A DNA stretch of 63,986 nucleotides, counting the filler, from Nemertoderma westbladi (Eukaryota > Animalia > Xenacoelomorpha): NCBI GenBank assembly GCA_032718475.1. It is 3 parts of 3 records of this genome, joined end to end, with 100 filler letters (N's around TTAATTAATTAA, not from the genome) between each part and the next. Parts side by side here need not be neighbours in the genome. Positions count along the whole stretch, not along the records: positions 1 to 29,525 come from JAUCBJ010005621.1; positions 29,626 to 54,093 come from JAUCBJ010005667.1; 1 more part is not named here. One strand, 5' to 3'. The notes beneath the pieces were generated by a model that was not told the DNA's origin, did not search any database, and was given only the letters and a program-made list of their open reading frames with translations. Below are positions 24,017 to 37,790 of the stretch, piece after piece; the first letter of the stretch is position 1; every line of letters begins with the position of its first letter. The position numbers were made by a program, and so were the translations under genes.

Positions 24017-25304
24017 TATACCGGTACTACTAGTAGTAGTACTTTAATCGGCCTTATATTTTGGAGTATAAGTTTAGAAGACCACTGCATCCAATTCTTC
24101 TAAACAAATTTAGCATCAAATGCACAGGAGCCTTTTTAGAATAAAAAGGCCCAAAAAAGGGCTACTTTGGGGCGTTTTTGATTTAAAAAGGCTCCAGAGC
24201 ATTTGAGACAAAATTTGTTCATTTTGATTTGGATTTGGATTAAAATTAGCAGAGAAATAGCCTTTTTAATGAAAAAATATCATTCTGAGATAAGGTGTAT
24301 AAAGTTTACGGAACAATTCAAACCTTCCCGATATTTTATAAATACTATATATAAATAAATATAATAATAGAATATACTAATACTAAATACTAATATATAA
24401 ATAAACTAATAAATAAAACAACATTTTAGCAACTTATTCATATCCGTACCGTGACAGCCTTTTTAATGAAAAGGGCCTTAATCAATTGCAAAATATCGTG
24501 CTTATCAAAGGCTTGTTGAAAATCAGACTAGCTCTTTTGGCTAATAACTTCAGGTTGAGAAAAGATATGAAAAAACTGCTTGCTGATTTGAAATCTCCAT
24601 TAAATTCGACATATGATAGGATTATAAACCAAAATAGGCCAAAGTCCTCTCCTATCCATAAAAGTAGTATAAAATTTAAATTGAAACGGCAAAAATCGAC
24701 TTTGGGTGGATAATACAATATTTTTGAGTGTCAAATTCGTGCTTAGCGTCCCAGAAAACCCATAATGTCTTAAAATCGGGTTATTTTGGTATTGAGTTTT
24801 GATTATGAAATTTGTGCTACAGTACTTGTATTTTTCAGACCGCGCATTAACACATTTCCAAAAATGCCCTAATCAAAAGGTACGATATATTTCAACAGTG
24901 TCTTACAGTAATCGTGATCAGCCTCCAAAAAAATAGCTATATACCGCAAAAAAAGTTATTTTTAGGGAGACAAAAAACTTTGAAAACTTTACAACAAAAA
25001 TACTGGAGATGTGTGCAAGAAAGGGACTACAGCACGAAAACTGACATAGCCATGTAAATGGCGTTTGCTCTGTTGGATAGCCCAATAAATTTTAGGAAAA
25101 GTCACGAAATCTCGGTTTTTCCAACAAACCTGTCTCAAAAGATTCAGATGAAGTACAAAAAATATTTCTAAAATGACAACCCCTTTCTCAACCCGGGCCA
25201 AAATAAGGTTAACCACGCCCCCACCCCCCCCCCCCCCCCCCCCTGCTTATAATTATATAAATTATTAATAACATATTATTGATTATGATTATGTCACATG
25301 CTGG

Positions 25305-28300
25305 AGAGTCTGTCACATACAGAAGGGTCTGTCACATACAGGAGGGTCTGTCACATACAGGAGGGTCTGTTACATACAGAAGGGTCTGTCACATACAGGA
25401 CGGTCTGTCACATACAGGAGGGTTCTGTCACATACAGGAGGGTCTGTTACATACAGAAGGGTCTGTCACATACAGGAGGGTCTGTCACATACAGGAGGGT
25501 CTGTTACATACAGGAGGGGTCTGTCACATACAGGAGGGTCTGTCACACTACAGGAGGGTCTGTCACATACAGAGAGGGTCTGTTACACTACAGAAGGGTC
25601 TGTCACACTACAGGAGGGTCTGTTACATACAGAAGGGTCTGTCACATACAGGAGGGTCTGTCACATACAGAGAGGGGTCTGTCACATACAGGAGGGTCTG
25701 TTACATACAGAGAGGGTCTGTTACATACAGAAGGGTCTGTCACATACAGGAGGGTCTGTCACATACAGGAGGGTCTGTCACATACAGAGAGGGTCTGTCA
25801 CATACAGGAGGGTCTGTCACATACAGGAGGGTCTGTTACATACAGAAGGGTCTGTCACATACAGGAGGGTCTGTCACATACAGAAGGGTCTGTCACATAC
25901 AGAGAGGGTCTGTCACATACAGGACGGTCTGTCACATACAGGAGGGTTCTGTCACATACAGGAGGGTCTGTAACACTCAGAAGGGTCTGTCACATACAGG
26001 AGGGTCTGTTACATACAGGAGGGTCTGTTACATACAGAAGGGTCTGTCACATACAGGAGGGTCTGTTACATACAGGAGGGTCTGTTACATACAGAAGGGT
26101 CTGTCACATACAGGACGGTCTGTCACATACAGGAGGGTCTGTCACATACAGGAGGGTCTGTAACACTACAGAAGGGTCTGTCACATACAGGACGGTCTGT
26201 CACATACAGGAGGGTCTGTCACATACAGGAGGGTCTGTCTACATACAGGAGGGTCTGTTACATACAGAAGGGTCTGTCACATACAGGACGGGTCTGTTAC
26301 ATACAGGAGGGTCTGTCACATACAGGAGGGTCTGTTACATACAGAAGGGTCTGTCACATACAGGAGGGTCTGTCTACATACAGGAGGGTCTGTTACATAC
26401 AGAAGGGTATGTCACATACAGGACGGTCTGTCACATACAGGAGGGTTCTGTCACATACAGGAGGGTCTGTTACATACAGGAGGGTCTGTCACATACAGGA
26501 GGGTCTGTCACATACAGGAGGGTCTGTCACATACAGGCACACAGGGGTCTGTCACATACAGGAGGGTCTGTACATACAGAGGGTCTGTACACAGGAGGGT
26601 CTGTTACATACAGGAGGGTCTGTACATACGGAGGGTCTGTCACATACAGGAGGGTCTGTCACATACAGGAGGGTCTGTCACATACAGGAGGGTCTGTTAC
26701 ATACAGAAGGGTCTGTCACATACAGGACGGTCTGTTACATACAGGAGGGTCTGTCACATACAGAAGGGTATGTCACATACAGGACGGTCTGTCACATACA
26801 GGAGGGTTCTGTCACATACAGGAGGGTCTGTAACACTCAGAAGGGTCTGTCACATACAGGAGGGTCTGTCACATACAGGAGGGTCTGTTACATACAGAAG
26901 GGTCTGTCACATACAGGAGGGTCTGTTACATACAGGAGGGTCTGTCACATACAGGAGGGTCTGTCACATACAGGAGGGTCTGTCACATACAGAAGGGTCT
27001 GTCACATACAGGAGGGTCTGTTACATACAGGAGGGTCTGTCACATACAGGAGGGTCTGTCACATACAGGAGGGTCTGTTACATACAGAAGGGTCTGTCAC
27101 ATACAGGAGGGTCTGTTACATACAGGAGGGTCTGTCACATACAGGAGGGTCTGTTACATACAGAAGGGTCTGTCACATACAGGAGGGTCTGTTACATACA
27201 GGAGGGTCTGTCACATACAGAAGGGTCTGTCACATACAGGAGGGTCTGTCACATACAGGAGGGTCTGTCACATACAGGAGGGTCTGTTACATACAGGAGG
27301 GTCTGTCACATACAGGAGGGTCTGTTACATACAGGAGGGTCTGTTACATACAGGAGGGTCTGTCACATACAGGAGGGTCTGTCACATACAGGAGGGTCTG
27401 TCACATACAGGAGGGTCTGTCACATACAGGAGGGTCTGTAACACTACAGAAGGGTCTGTCACATACAGGAGGGTCTGTCACATACAGGAGGGTTCTGTCA
27501 CATACAGGAGGGTCTGTTACATACAGAAGGGTCTGTCACATACAGGAGGGTCTGTTACATACAGGAGGGTCTGTTACATACAGGAGGGTCTGTTACATAC
27601 AGAAGGGTATGTCACATACAGGAGGGTCTGTCACATACAGGAGGGTCTGTCACATACAGAAGGGTCTGTCACATACAGGAGGGTCTGTCACATACAGGAG
27701 GGTCTGTCACATACAGGAGGGTCTGTTACATACAGAAGGGTCTGTCACATACAGGAGGGTCTGTCACATACAGGAGGGTCTGTCACATACAGAAGGGTCT
27801 GTCACATACAGGAGGGTCTGTCACATACAGGAGGGTCTGTCACATACAGGAGGGTCTGTTACATACAGAAGGGTCTGTCACATACAGGAGGGTCTGTTAC
27901 ATACAGAAGGGTCTGTCACATACAGAAGGGTCTGTCACATACAGGAGGGTCTGTCACATACAGGAGGGTCTGTCACATACAGGAGGGTCTGTCACATACA
28001 GGAGGGTCTGTTACATACAGGAGGGTCTGTTACATACAGAAGGGTATGTCACATACAGGACGGTCTGTTACATACAGAAGGGTCTGTCACATACAGGAGG
28101 GACGGTCTGTTACATACAGGAGGGTCTGTCACATACAGGAGGGTCTGTCACACTACAGGAGGGTCTGTCACATACAGGAGGGTCTGTTACATACAGGAGG
28201 GTCTGTTACATACAGAAGGGTCTGTCACATACAGGAGGGTCTGTTACATACAGGAGGGTCTGTCACATACAGGAGGGTCTGTTACATACAGGAGGGTCTG

Positions 28301-28550
28301 TCACATACAGGAGGGTCTGTCACATACAGGAGGGTCTGTTACATACAGAAGGGTCTGTCACATACAGGAGGGTCTGTTACATACAGGAGGGTCTGTCACA
28401 TACAGAAGGGTCTGTTACATACAGGAGGGTCTGTCACATACAGGAGGGTTCTGTCACATACAGGAGGGTCTGTTACATACAGGAGGGTCTGTCACATACA
28501 GGAGGGTCTGTTACATACAGGAGGGTCTGTTACATACAGGAGGGTCGTGT
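25305..28550. repeat. Satellite, 19-bp monomer ACATACAG(G/A)AGGGTCTGT(C/T)
   Basis: Seen directly; roughly 170 copies from length divided by unit. Confidence 0.98.
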
Positions 28551-28621
28551 TACATTACCGAAGTGTTGTGTACAATGTACAGACGGTACCGGTATAGAAC
28601 CATAGAAGGATAACAACTAAC

Positions 28622-28745
28622 CTGTGGAAGCATACAGTCATTCTCGTTTAGTCTCAATGTATATCTCATATTCAGCCATCTCATAGCCGGAAATACAAAT
28701 ATATGTGCGTCACCGCCTCTTTTTATTGTAATTTTTTCTACAAAC
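28622..28745 (-). CDS. Lipoxygenase exon (C-terminal part of the PLAT/LH2 domain)
   Basis: tatttag|...|gttagt, phase 2->0. FVEKITIKRGGDAHIFVFPAMRWLNMRYTLRLNENDCMLPQ fits the PLAT (W)F...I...FP..RW motif. Upstream exons not found before the gap. Confidence 0.88.
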
Positions 28746-29525
28746 CTAAATAAAACCAACACAGACTAAGATTGTATTTGAATATTCTTAGAAATACTTC
28801 ATAATAACCGTTCTGGTCCAGCTACCCGCAGTTCGTTGGAGTGACAAAAGGTTGTACGCAAGAATATTACTGGAAATATACAAACTACTGTAATTTAATA
28901 TATTACAGCCCTCCCAGGCAAAAATATCGATGAAAAAAAGGAAAAAAGGAATTTATATTTTCAAAAAAATAAAGGAAAAAAGGATCGGATACGGTTCAAA
29001 AAAAGGGAAAAACTGAATTGATATTATCTTTAAAAAAAAGGATAGTAAACATTATGTTTCATTAACATTATATAGGCCTATTAAGAAACGTCACTGTATG
29101 TTTCTGTAGTTGCTGTAGTTATCAGAGATGGTTGAATTCGGCCTATTGATGGCCATTGATAGAGGTTTATCAAACGCTTGTAAATAGAACTTTAGTTTGA
29201 AAGAAATATAGGGCCTAATAACTTTGGTACGGATTTCTGGTCGTGGCTACATTTATATAAATAACAAAAATACTTTTAGACTCAATCAAAATTCAACCAT
29301 CTCCAGGGGAAAACGGATGTAAATAATAGCTAATTACGAGCAAAAATGAAATTATAACCCTTGTTATAGGCTTTACTTTATTGTCTTGGTTAGAATAGAC
29401 CGCCACTGCAACCTGTTCCTTTCCCTAAATTAAAAAACATCAATATTAATTCACCAAGGCGGGTTTTGTGTCAATGATAATATATCCCCCCCCCCCCCCC
29501 CCCCCCCCTCAGAAAATAAATACAT

Positions 29526-29625
29526 NNNNNNNNNNNNNNNNNNNNNNNNNNNNNNNNNNNNNNNNNNNNTTAATTAATTAANNNNNNNNNNNNNNNNNNN
29601 NNNNNNNNNNNNNNNNNNNNNNNNN
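29526..29625. other. Artificial 100-bp scaffold spacer
   Basis: 44 N + TTAATTAATTAA (stops in all six frames) + 44 N. Confidence 0.98.
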
Positions 29626-32600
29626 CTTTTGACCCTTAACATTTAAACTTTTTCCATTTTTTATTTCATCTACCCCCACTAAGTCAACCATTGCGAACAT
29701 TTTTGCTGCGTTACGTTTTTTGATAGCTGTACTCCTTATAGGTCAAAAGGTCACCGAAACGCTAAATTCTAGAACATTGACCTCTAGAGGTCAAGCACAG
29801 GGTCGCAGCCGAAAACTAACGGCACTCTTCAGTAGCAACTCATTACACTGCCTACAAAACGGCGTTGGTCCCATGTCCGTAGCTAGAGCCGTTCTCGAGA
29901 TATTGGGGTGGGGCAATAATTAATTATTAATTAATACATAACTAATTAACGCTTACACTTTTTGCATTTTTTATTTTACCTACCCCCACTAAGTCGACCA
30001 TTGCGAACATTTTTGCTGTGTTACGTTTTTCGATAGCTGCACTCCTTATAGGTTAAAATGCCTCCGAAACCGAAAATTCTAGAACATTGACCCCTGGAGG
30101 TCAAGGACAGGGTCGCAGCCCAAAACTAACGACACTCTTCAGTAGCAACTCGTATACTGTCTACAAAATGGCGTCGGTCCCATCTTCGTAGCTGCAGCCA
30201 TTCTCGAGATATCGGGGCGGGCCATATATTAATTAGTAATTAACGAATATCTCATTAAGGGTTGGTCGTACGGACTTGCCGCAGAAGACTTTTATACTCG
30301 AAATTCCATTCTCTACAACTTTGCCAGAGAAAATTTTTTCGTAGCTGCCGCCGTTTTCGAGATACAGCGCTAATGAGATTTCGCTAATTAATAACTCATT
30401 AACGGTAATAGATATGGGTTCGCCGTGACAGGGTTTTTTGTAGAGCTCGTCGAGACCAACAATATCGCCAGTCATTGTTTATATAAAAAGTCTTTTAGTT
30501 TTCGAGATATATCGATTAAAAGTTTTCAATCGTTAATTACTAATTAATTAATTAACAAAATTTTTTGAAAAAAACTCCCAGATCTTAGATATTGGTCCTC
30601 TATACGATGCAAAAAACAGAATGACCGCACCTATTGTAGTTCTCCATAAGAGCCTACTTGTCACCCCCTCCCATAATGCCTGTACAATTGAGTCAGGATA
30701 AGTTTTTGCTAAGTGTTTTGTGGACTTTGTCTTTTGTGGTCTGTGGCGTATATTTACCTCTATAAAGTTCTCTATCGAGCCCTTTGGGCTCTATCCCCGC
30801 CTGATCCCATCTAGAGTAGAGCGCAAATGAGGACATTTGCGCATGCAAGCATCACTGCGTGGGGCAATTTAATTAATAGTACTTGTGGTTTTATTGCGTT
30901 GTACCAACACAAAAATTGTAAATATGAAGAGATGTTATTATCTATACCCATGCATTTCGAATCATACACAGGGGATGCCTTCAATTATTCAATTCAAAAC
31001 ATTGAAGAAATCTAAGTCGATTTGTAAGGCGGGTTCAAGCATATACATTTATTGCATTGGTTAACTCCATTATACAAATGTAACGATTAATACCTCAGAA
31101 AACTTTTAACTACATGTAGTACTACTGGACCAGTATATTAGTAATAGCTTACAGACAGCTATAGCAAATACCCACCCACCACCCTTAACATGATTACTTT
31201 AATTTCAAATAGACCATGGGTGATTGTTTAATGATGGTTCACCCAGCCATTTCATGTCTGGGTGAACCAAATGACTTTTGTATACAACCTGAGTTCTAAA
31301 TATCCTTATGTTTTATCACGAAAACTATGATCAAATATCTTTGACCTTTTGACCCTTAACATTTAAACTTTTTGCATTTTTTATTTCATCTACCCCCACT
31401 AAGTCGACCATTGTGAACATTTTTGCTGTGTTACGTTTTTTGATAGCTGTACTCCTTATAGGTCAAAAGGTCACCGAAACGCTAAATTCTAGAACATTGA
31501 CATCTAGAGGTCAAGCACAGGGTCGCAGCCCAAAACTAACGGCACTCTTCAGTAGCAACTCATACACTGCCTACAAAACGGCGTTGGTCCCATGTCCGTA
31601 GCTAGAGCCGTTCTCGAGATATTGGGGTGGAGCAATAATTAATTATTAATTAATACATAACTAATTAACGCTTACACTTTTTGCATTTTTTATTTTACCT
31701 ACCCCCACTAAGTCGACCATTGCGAACATTTTTGCTGTGTTACGTTTTTCGATAGCTGCACTCCTTATAGGTTAAAATGCCTCCGAATCCGAAAAATCGA
31801 GAACATTGACCCCTGGAGGTCAAGGACAGGGTCGCAGCCCAAAACTAACGACACCCTTCAGTAGCAACTCGTATACTGTCTACAAAATGGCGTCGGTCCC
31901 ATCTTCGTAGCTGCAGCCATTCTCGAGATATCGGGGCGGGCCATATATTAATTAGTAATTAACGAATATCTCATTAAGGGTTGGTCGTACGGACTTGCCG
32001 CAGAAGACTTTTATACTCGAAATTGCATTCTCTACAACTTTGCCAGAGAAAATTTTTTCGTAGCTGCGGCCGTTTTCGAGATACAGCGCTAATTAGATTT
32101 CGTTAATTAATAACTCATTAACGGTAATAGATATGGGTTCGCCGTGACAGGGTTTTTTGTAGAGCTCGTCTAGACCAACAATTTCGCCAGTCATTGTTTA
32201 TATAAAAAGTCTTTTAGTTTTCGAGATATATCGATTAAAAGTTTTCAATCGTTAATTACTAATTAGTTAATTAACAAAATTTTTTGCAAAAAACTCCCAG
32301 ATCTTAGATATTGGTCCTCTACACGATGCAAAAAACAGAACGACCGTAGCTATTTCCCTTCTATGAGATGTGCCTACTTCCCACCCCACTGCATAAGCCT
32401 GTAAATATTGAGCAGGATAGGTTGGTGTTATATGTTTTGTGCTCTCTGTGTTTCGTTCTCTGTGGCGTTTTCTATGGTCTATGAGGTTCTCTGTCGAGCC
32501 CTATGGGCTCTATCCCCGCCTGATCCCATCTAGAGTAGAGCGCAAATGAGGACATTTGCGCATGCAAGCATCACTGCGTGGTGCAATTTAATTAATAGTA

Positions 32601-35600
32601 CTTGTGGTTTTATTGTGTTGTATCAACACAAACATTGTAAATATGAAGATATGTTATTATTTATACCAATGCATTTGGAATCATACACAGGCGATGCCTT
32701 CAATTATACAATTCAAAACATTGAAGAAATCTAAGTCGATTTGTAAGGCAGGTTCAAACATATACATTTATTGTATTGGTTAACTCCATTATACAAATGT
32801 AATGATTAATACCTCAGAAAACTTCTAACTAAATGTAGTACTACTGGACCAGTATATTAGTAATAGCTTCAGTATATTAGTAATAGCTTACAGACAGCTA
32901 TAGCAACACCCACCCACCACCCTTAACATGATTACTTTAATTTCAAATAGACCATGGGTGATTGTTTAATGATGGTTCACCCAGCCATTTCATGTCTGGG
33001 TGAACCAAATGACTTTTGTATACAACCTGACTTCTAAATATCCTTATGTTTTATCACGAATACTATCATCAAAGATCTTTGACCTTTTGACCCTTAACAT
33101 TTAAACTTTTTCCATTTTTTATTTCATCTACCCCCACTAAGTCAACCATTGCGAACATTTTTGCTGCGTTACGTTTTTTGATAGCTGTACTCCTTATAGG
33201 TCAAAAGGTCACCGAAACGCTAAATTCTAGAACATTGACCTCTAGAGGTCAAGCACAGGGTCGCAGCCGAAAACTAACGGCACTCTTCAGTAGCAACTCA
33301 TACACTGCCTACAAAACGGCGTTGGTCCCATGTCCGTAGCTAGAGCCGTTCTCGAGATATTGGGGTGGGGCAATAATTAATTATTAATTAATACATAACT
33401 AATTAACGCTTACAGTTTTTGCATTTTTTATTTTACCTACCCCTACTAAGTCGACCATTGCGAACATTTTTGCTGTGTTACGTTTTTCGATAGCTGCACT
33501 CCTTATAGGTTAAAATGCCTCCAAAACCGAAAATTCTAGAACATTGACCCCTGGAGGTCAAGGACTGGGTCGCAGCCCAAAACTAACGACACTCTTCAGT
33601 AGCAACTCGTATACTGTCTACAAAATGGCGTCGGTCCCATCTTCGTAGCTGCAGCCATTCTCGAGATATCGGGGCGGGCCATATATTAATTAGTAATTAA
33701 CGAATATCTCATTAAGGGTTGGTCGTACGGACTTGCCGGAGAAGACTTTTATACTCGAAATTCCATTCTCTACAACTTTGCCAGAGAAAATTTTTTCGTA
33801 GCTGCCGCCGTTTTCGAGATACAGCGCTAATGAGATTTCGCTAATTAATAACTCATTAACGGTAATAGATATGGGTTCGCCGTGACAGGGTTTTTTGTAG
33901 AGCTCGTCGAGACCAACAATATCGCCAGTCATTGTTTATATAAAAAGTCTTTTAGTTTTCGAGATATATCGATTAAAAGTTTTCAATCGTTAATTACTAA
34001 TTAATTAATTAACAAAATTTTTTGAAAAAAACTCCCAGATCTTAGATATTGGTCCTCTATACGATGCAAAAAACAGAATGACCGCACCTATTGTAGTTCT
34101 CCATAAGAGCCTACTTGTCACCCCCTCCCATAATGCCTGTACAATTGAGTCAGGATAAGTTTTTGCTAAGTGTTTTGTGGACTTTGTCTTTTGTGGTCTG
34201 TGGCGTATATTTACCTCTATAAAGTTCTCTATCGAGCCCTTTGGGCTCTATCCCCGCCTGATTCCATCTAGAGTAGAGCGCAAATGAGGACATTTGCGCA
34301 TGCAAGCATCACTGCGTGGGGCAATTTAATTAATAGTACTTGTGGTTTTATTGTGTTGTACCAACACAAACATTGTAAATATGAAGATATGTTATTATCT
34401 ATACCCATGCATTTGGAATCATACACAGGCGATGCCTTCAATTATTCAATTCAAAACATTGAAGAAATCTAAGTCGATTTGTAAGGCAGGTTCAAGCATA
34501 TACATTTATTGTATTGGTTAACTCCATTATACAAATGTAACGATTAATACCTCAGAAAACTTCTAACTACATGTAGTACTACTGGACCAGTATATTAGTA
34601 ATAGCTTCAGTATATTAGTAATAGCTTACAGACAGCTATAGCAACACCCACCCACCACCCTTAACATGATTACTTTAATTTCAAATAGACCATGGGTGAT
34701 TGTTTAATGATGGTTCACCCAGCCATTTCATGTCTGGGTGAACCAAATGACTTTTGTATACAACCTGACTTCTAAATATCCTTATGTTTTATCACGAATA
34801 CTATCATCAAAGATCTTTGACCTTTTGACCCTTAACATTTAAACTTTTTCCATTTTTTATTTCATCTACCCCCACTAAGTCAACCATTGCGAACATTTTT
34901 GCTGCGTTACGTTTTTTGATAGCTGTACTCCTTATAGGTCAAAAGGTCACCGAAACGCTAAATTCTAGAACATTGACCTCTAGAGGTCAAGCACAGGGTC
35001 GCAGCCGAAAACTAACGGCACTCTTCAGTAGCAACTCATACACTGCCTACAAAACGGCGTTGGTCCCATGTCCGTAGCTAGAGCCGTTCTCGAGATATTG
35101 GGGTGGGGCAATAATTAATTATTAATTAATACATAACTAATTAACGCTTACAGTTTTTGCATTTTTTATTTTACCTACCCCTACTAAGTCGACCATTGCG
35201 AACATTTTTGCTGTGTTACGTTTTTCGATAGCTGCACTCCTTATAGGTTAAAATGCCTCCAAAACCGAAAATTCTAGAACATTGACCCCTGGAGGTCAAG
35301 GACTGGGTCGCAGCCCAAAACTAACGACACTCTTCAGTAGCAACTCGTATACTGTCTACAAAATGGCGTCGGTCCCATCTTCGTAGCTGCAGCCATTCTC
35401 GAGATATCGGGGCGGGCCATATATTAATTAGTAATTAACGAATATCTCATTAAGGGTTGGTCGTACGGACTTGCCGGAGAAGACTTTTATACTCGAAATT
35501 CCATTCTCTACAACTTTGCCAGAGAAAATTTTTTCGTAGCTGCCGCCGTTTTCGAGATACAGCGCTAATGAGATTTCGCTAATTAATAACTCATTAACGG

Positions 35601-37790
35601 TAATAGATATGGGTTCGCCGTGACAGGGTTTTTTGTAGAGCTCGTCGAGACCAACAATATCGCCAGTCATTGTTTATATAAAAAGTCTTTTAGTTTTCGA
35701 GATATATCGATTAAAAGTTTTCAATCGTTAATTACTAATTAATTAATTAACAAAATTTTTTGAAAAAAACTCCCAGATCTTAGATATTGGTCCTCTATAC
35801 GATGCAAAAAACAGAATGACCGCACCTATTGTAGTTCTCCATAAGAGCCTACTTGTCACCCCCTCCCATAATGCCTGTACAATTGAGTCAGGATAAGTTT
35901 TTGCTAAGTGTTTTGTGGACTTTGTCTTTTGTGGTCTGTGGCGTATATTTACCTCTATAAAGTTCTCTATCGAGCCCTTTGGGCTCTATCCCCGCCTGAT
36001 TCCATCTAGAGTAGAGCGCAAATGAGGACATTTGCGCATGCAAGCATCACTGCGTGGGGCAATTTAATTAATAGTACTTTTGGTTTTATTGTGTTGTACC
36101 AACACAAAAATTGTAAATATGAAGATATGTTATTATCTATACCCATGCATTTGGAATCATACACAGGCGATGCCTTCAATTATTCAATTCAAAACATTGA
36201 AGAAATCTAAGTCGATTTGTAAGGCAGGTTCAAGCATATACATTTATTGTATTGGTTAACTCCATTATACAAATGTAACGATTAATACCTCAGAAAACTT
36301 CTAACTACATGTAGTACTAGTGGACCAGTATATTAGTATTAGCTTCAGTATATTAGTAATAGCTTACAGACAGCTATAGCAACACCCACCCACCACCCTT
36401 AACATGATTACTTTAATTTCAAATAGACCATGGGTGATTGTTTAATGATGGTTCCCCCAGCCATTTCATGTCTGGGTGAACCAAATGACTCTTGTATACA
36501 ACCTGACTTCTAAATATCCTTATGTTTTATCACGAATACTATCATCAAAGATCTTTGACCTTTTGACCCTTAACATTTAAACTTTTTCCATTTTTTATTT
36601 CATCTACCCCCACTAAGTCAACCATTGCGAACATTTTTGCTGCGTTACGTTTTTTGATAGCTGTACTCCTTATAGGTCAAAAGGTCACCGAAACGCTAAA
36701 TTCTAGAACATTGACCTCTAGAGGTCAAGCACAGGGTCGCAGCCCAAAACTAACGGCACTCTTCAGTAGCAACTCATACACTGCCTACAAAACGGCGTTG
36801 GTCCCATGTCCGTAGCTAGAGCCGTTCTCGAGATATTGGGGTGGGGCAATAATTAATTATTAATTAATACATAACTAATTAACGCTTACACTTTTTGCAT
36901 TTTTTATTTTACCTACCCCCACTAAGTCGACCATTGCGAACATTTTTGCTGTGTTACGTTTTTCGATAGCTGCACTCCTTATAGGTTAAAATGCCTCCAA
37001 AACCGAAAATTCTAGAACATTGACCCCTGGAGGTCAAGGACAGGGTCGCAGCCCAAAACTAACGACACTCTTCAGTAGCAACTCGTATACTGTCTACAAA
37101 ATGGCGTCGGTCCCATCTTCGTAGCTGCAGCCATTCTCGAGATATCGGGGCGGGCCATATATTAATTAGTAATTAACGAATATCTCATTAAGGGTTGGTC
37201 GTACAGACTTGCCGGAGAAGACTTTTATACTCGAAATTCCATTCTCTACAACTTTGCCAGAGAAAATTTTTTCGTAGCTGCCGCCGTTTTCGAGATACAG
37301 CGCTAATGAGATTTCGCTAATTAATAACTCATTAACGGTAATAGATATGGGTTCGCCGTGACAGGGTTTTTTGTAGAGCTCGTCGAGACCAACAATATCG
37401 CCAGTCATTGTTTATATAAAAAGTCTTTTAGTTTTCGAGATATATCGATTAAAAGTTTTCAATCGTTAATTACTAATTAATTAATTAACAAAATTTTTTG
37501 CAAAAAACTCCCAGATCTTAGATATTGGTCCTCTACACGATGCAAAAAACAGAATGACCGTAGCTATTTCCCTTCTATGAGATGTGCCTACTTGTCACCC
37601 CACTGCATAAGCCTGTAAATATTGAGCAGGATAGGTTGGTGTTATATGTTTTGTGCTCTCTGTTTTTCGTTCTCTGTGGCGTTTTCTATGTTCTATGAGG
37701 TTCTCTGTCGAGCCCTATGGGCTCTATCCACGCCTGATCCCATCCAGTGGATGGGCACCAGTTGACCTCTCCGTAGCCGAGAGCACTCCA
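29626..37790 (+). mobile_element. Head-to-tail array of ~4.7 copies of a 1719-1738-bp non-coding unit (Helitron/Helentron-like)
   Basis: Junction CCATC|TAGAGTAGAGCG at 30811, 32530, 34268 and 36006; internal ~300-bp duplication; terminal hairpins. The array is certain, the class is inferred. Confidence 0.7.

Noticed and set aside
20015-28613. Many long repetitive ORFs (GSVT/RRVC/QKGL)
   Set aside because: Translations of 15- and 19-bp satellites inside an intron.
28809-28869. Phase-compatible 61-bp candidate upstream LOX exon
   Set aside because: Weak donor (gttatt), no PLAT similarity, and it would place Arg where Trp is expected.
29570-29581. TTAATTAATTAA palindrome inside N runs (also 54138-54149)
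   Set aside because: Assembly spacer, not biological; linkage across these points should not be assumed.
30233-37408. Recurrent 80-aa and 62-aa ORFs as a tandem gene family
   Set aside because: They recur only because the 1.74-kb unit repeats; the 80-aa ORF is broken in one copy and no domain is recognisable.
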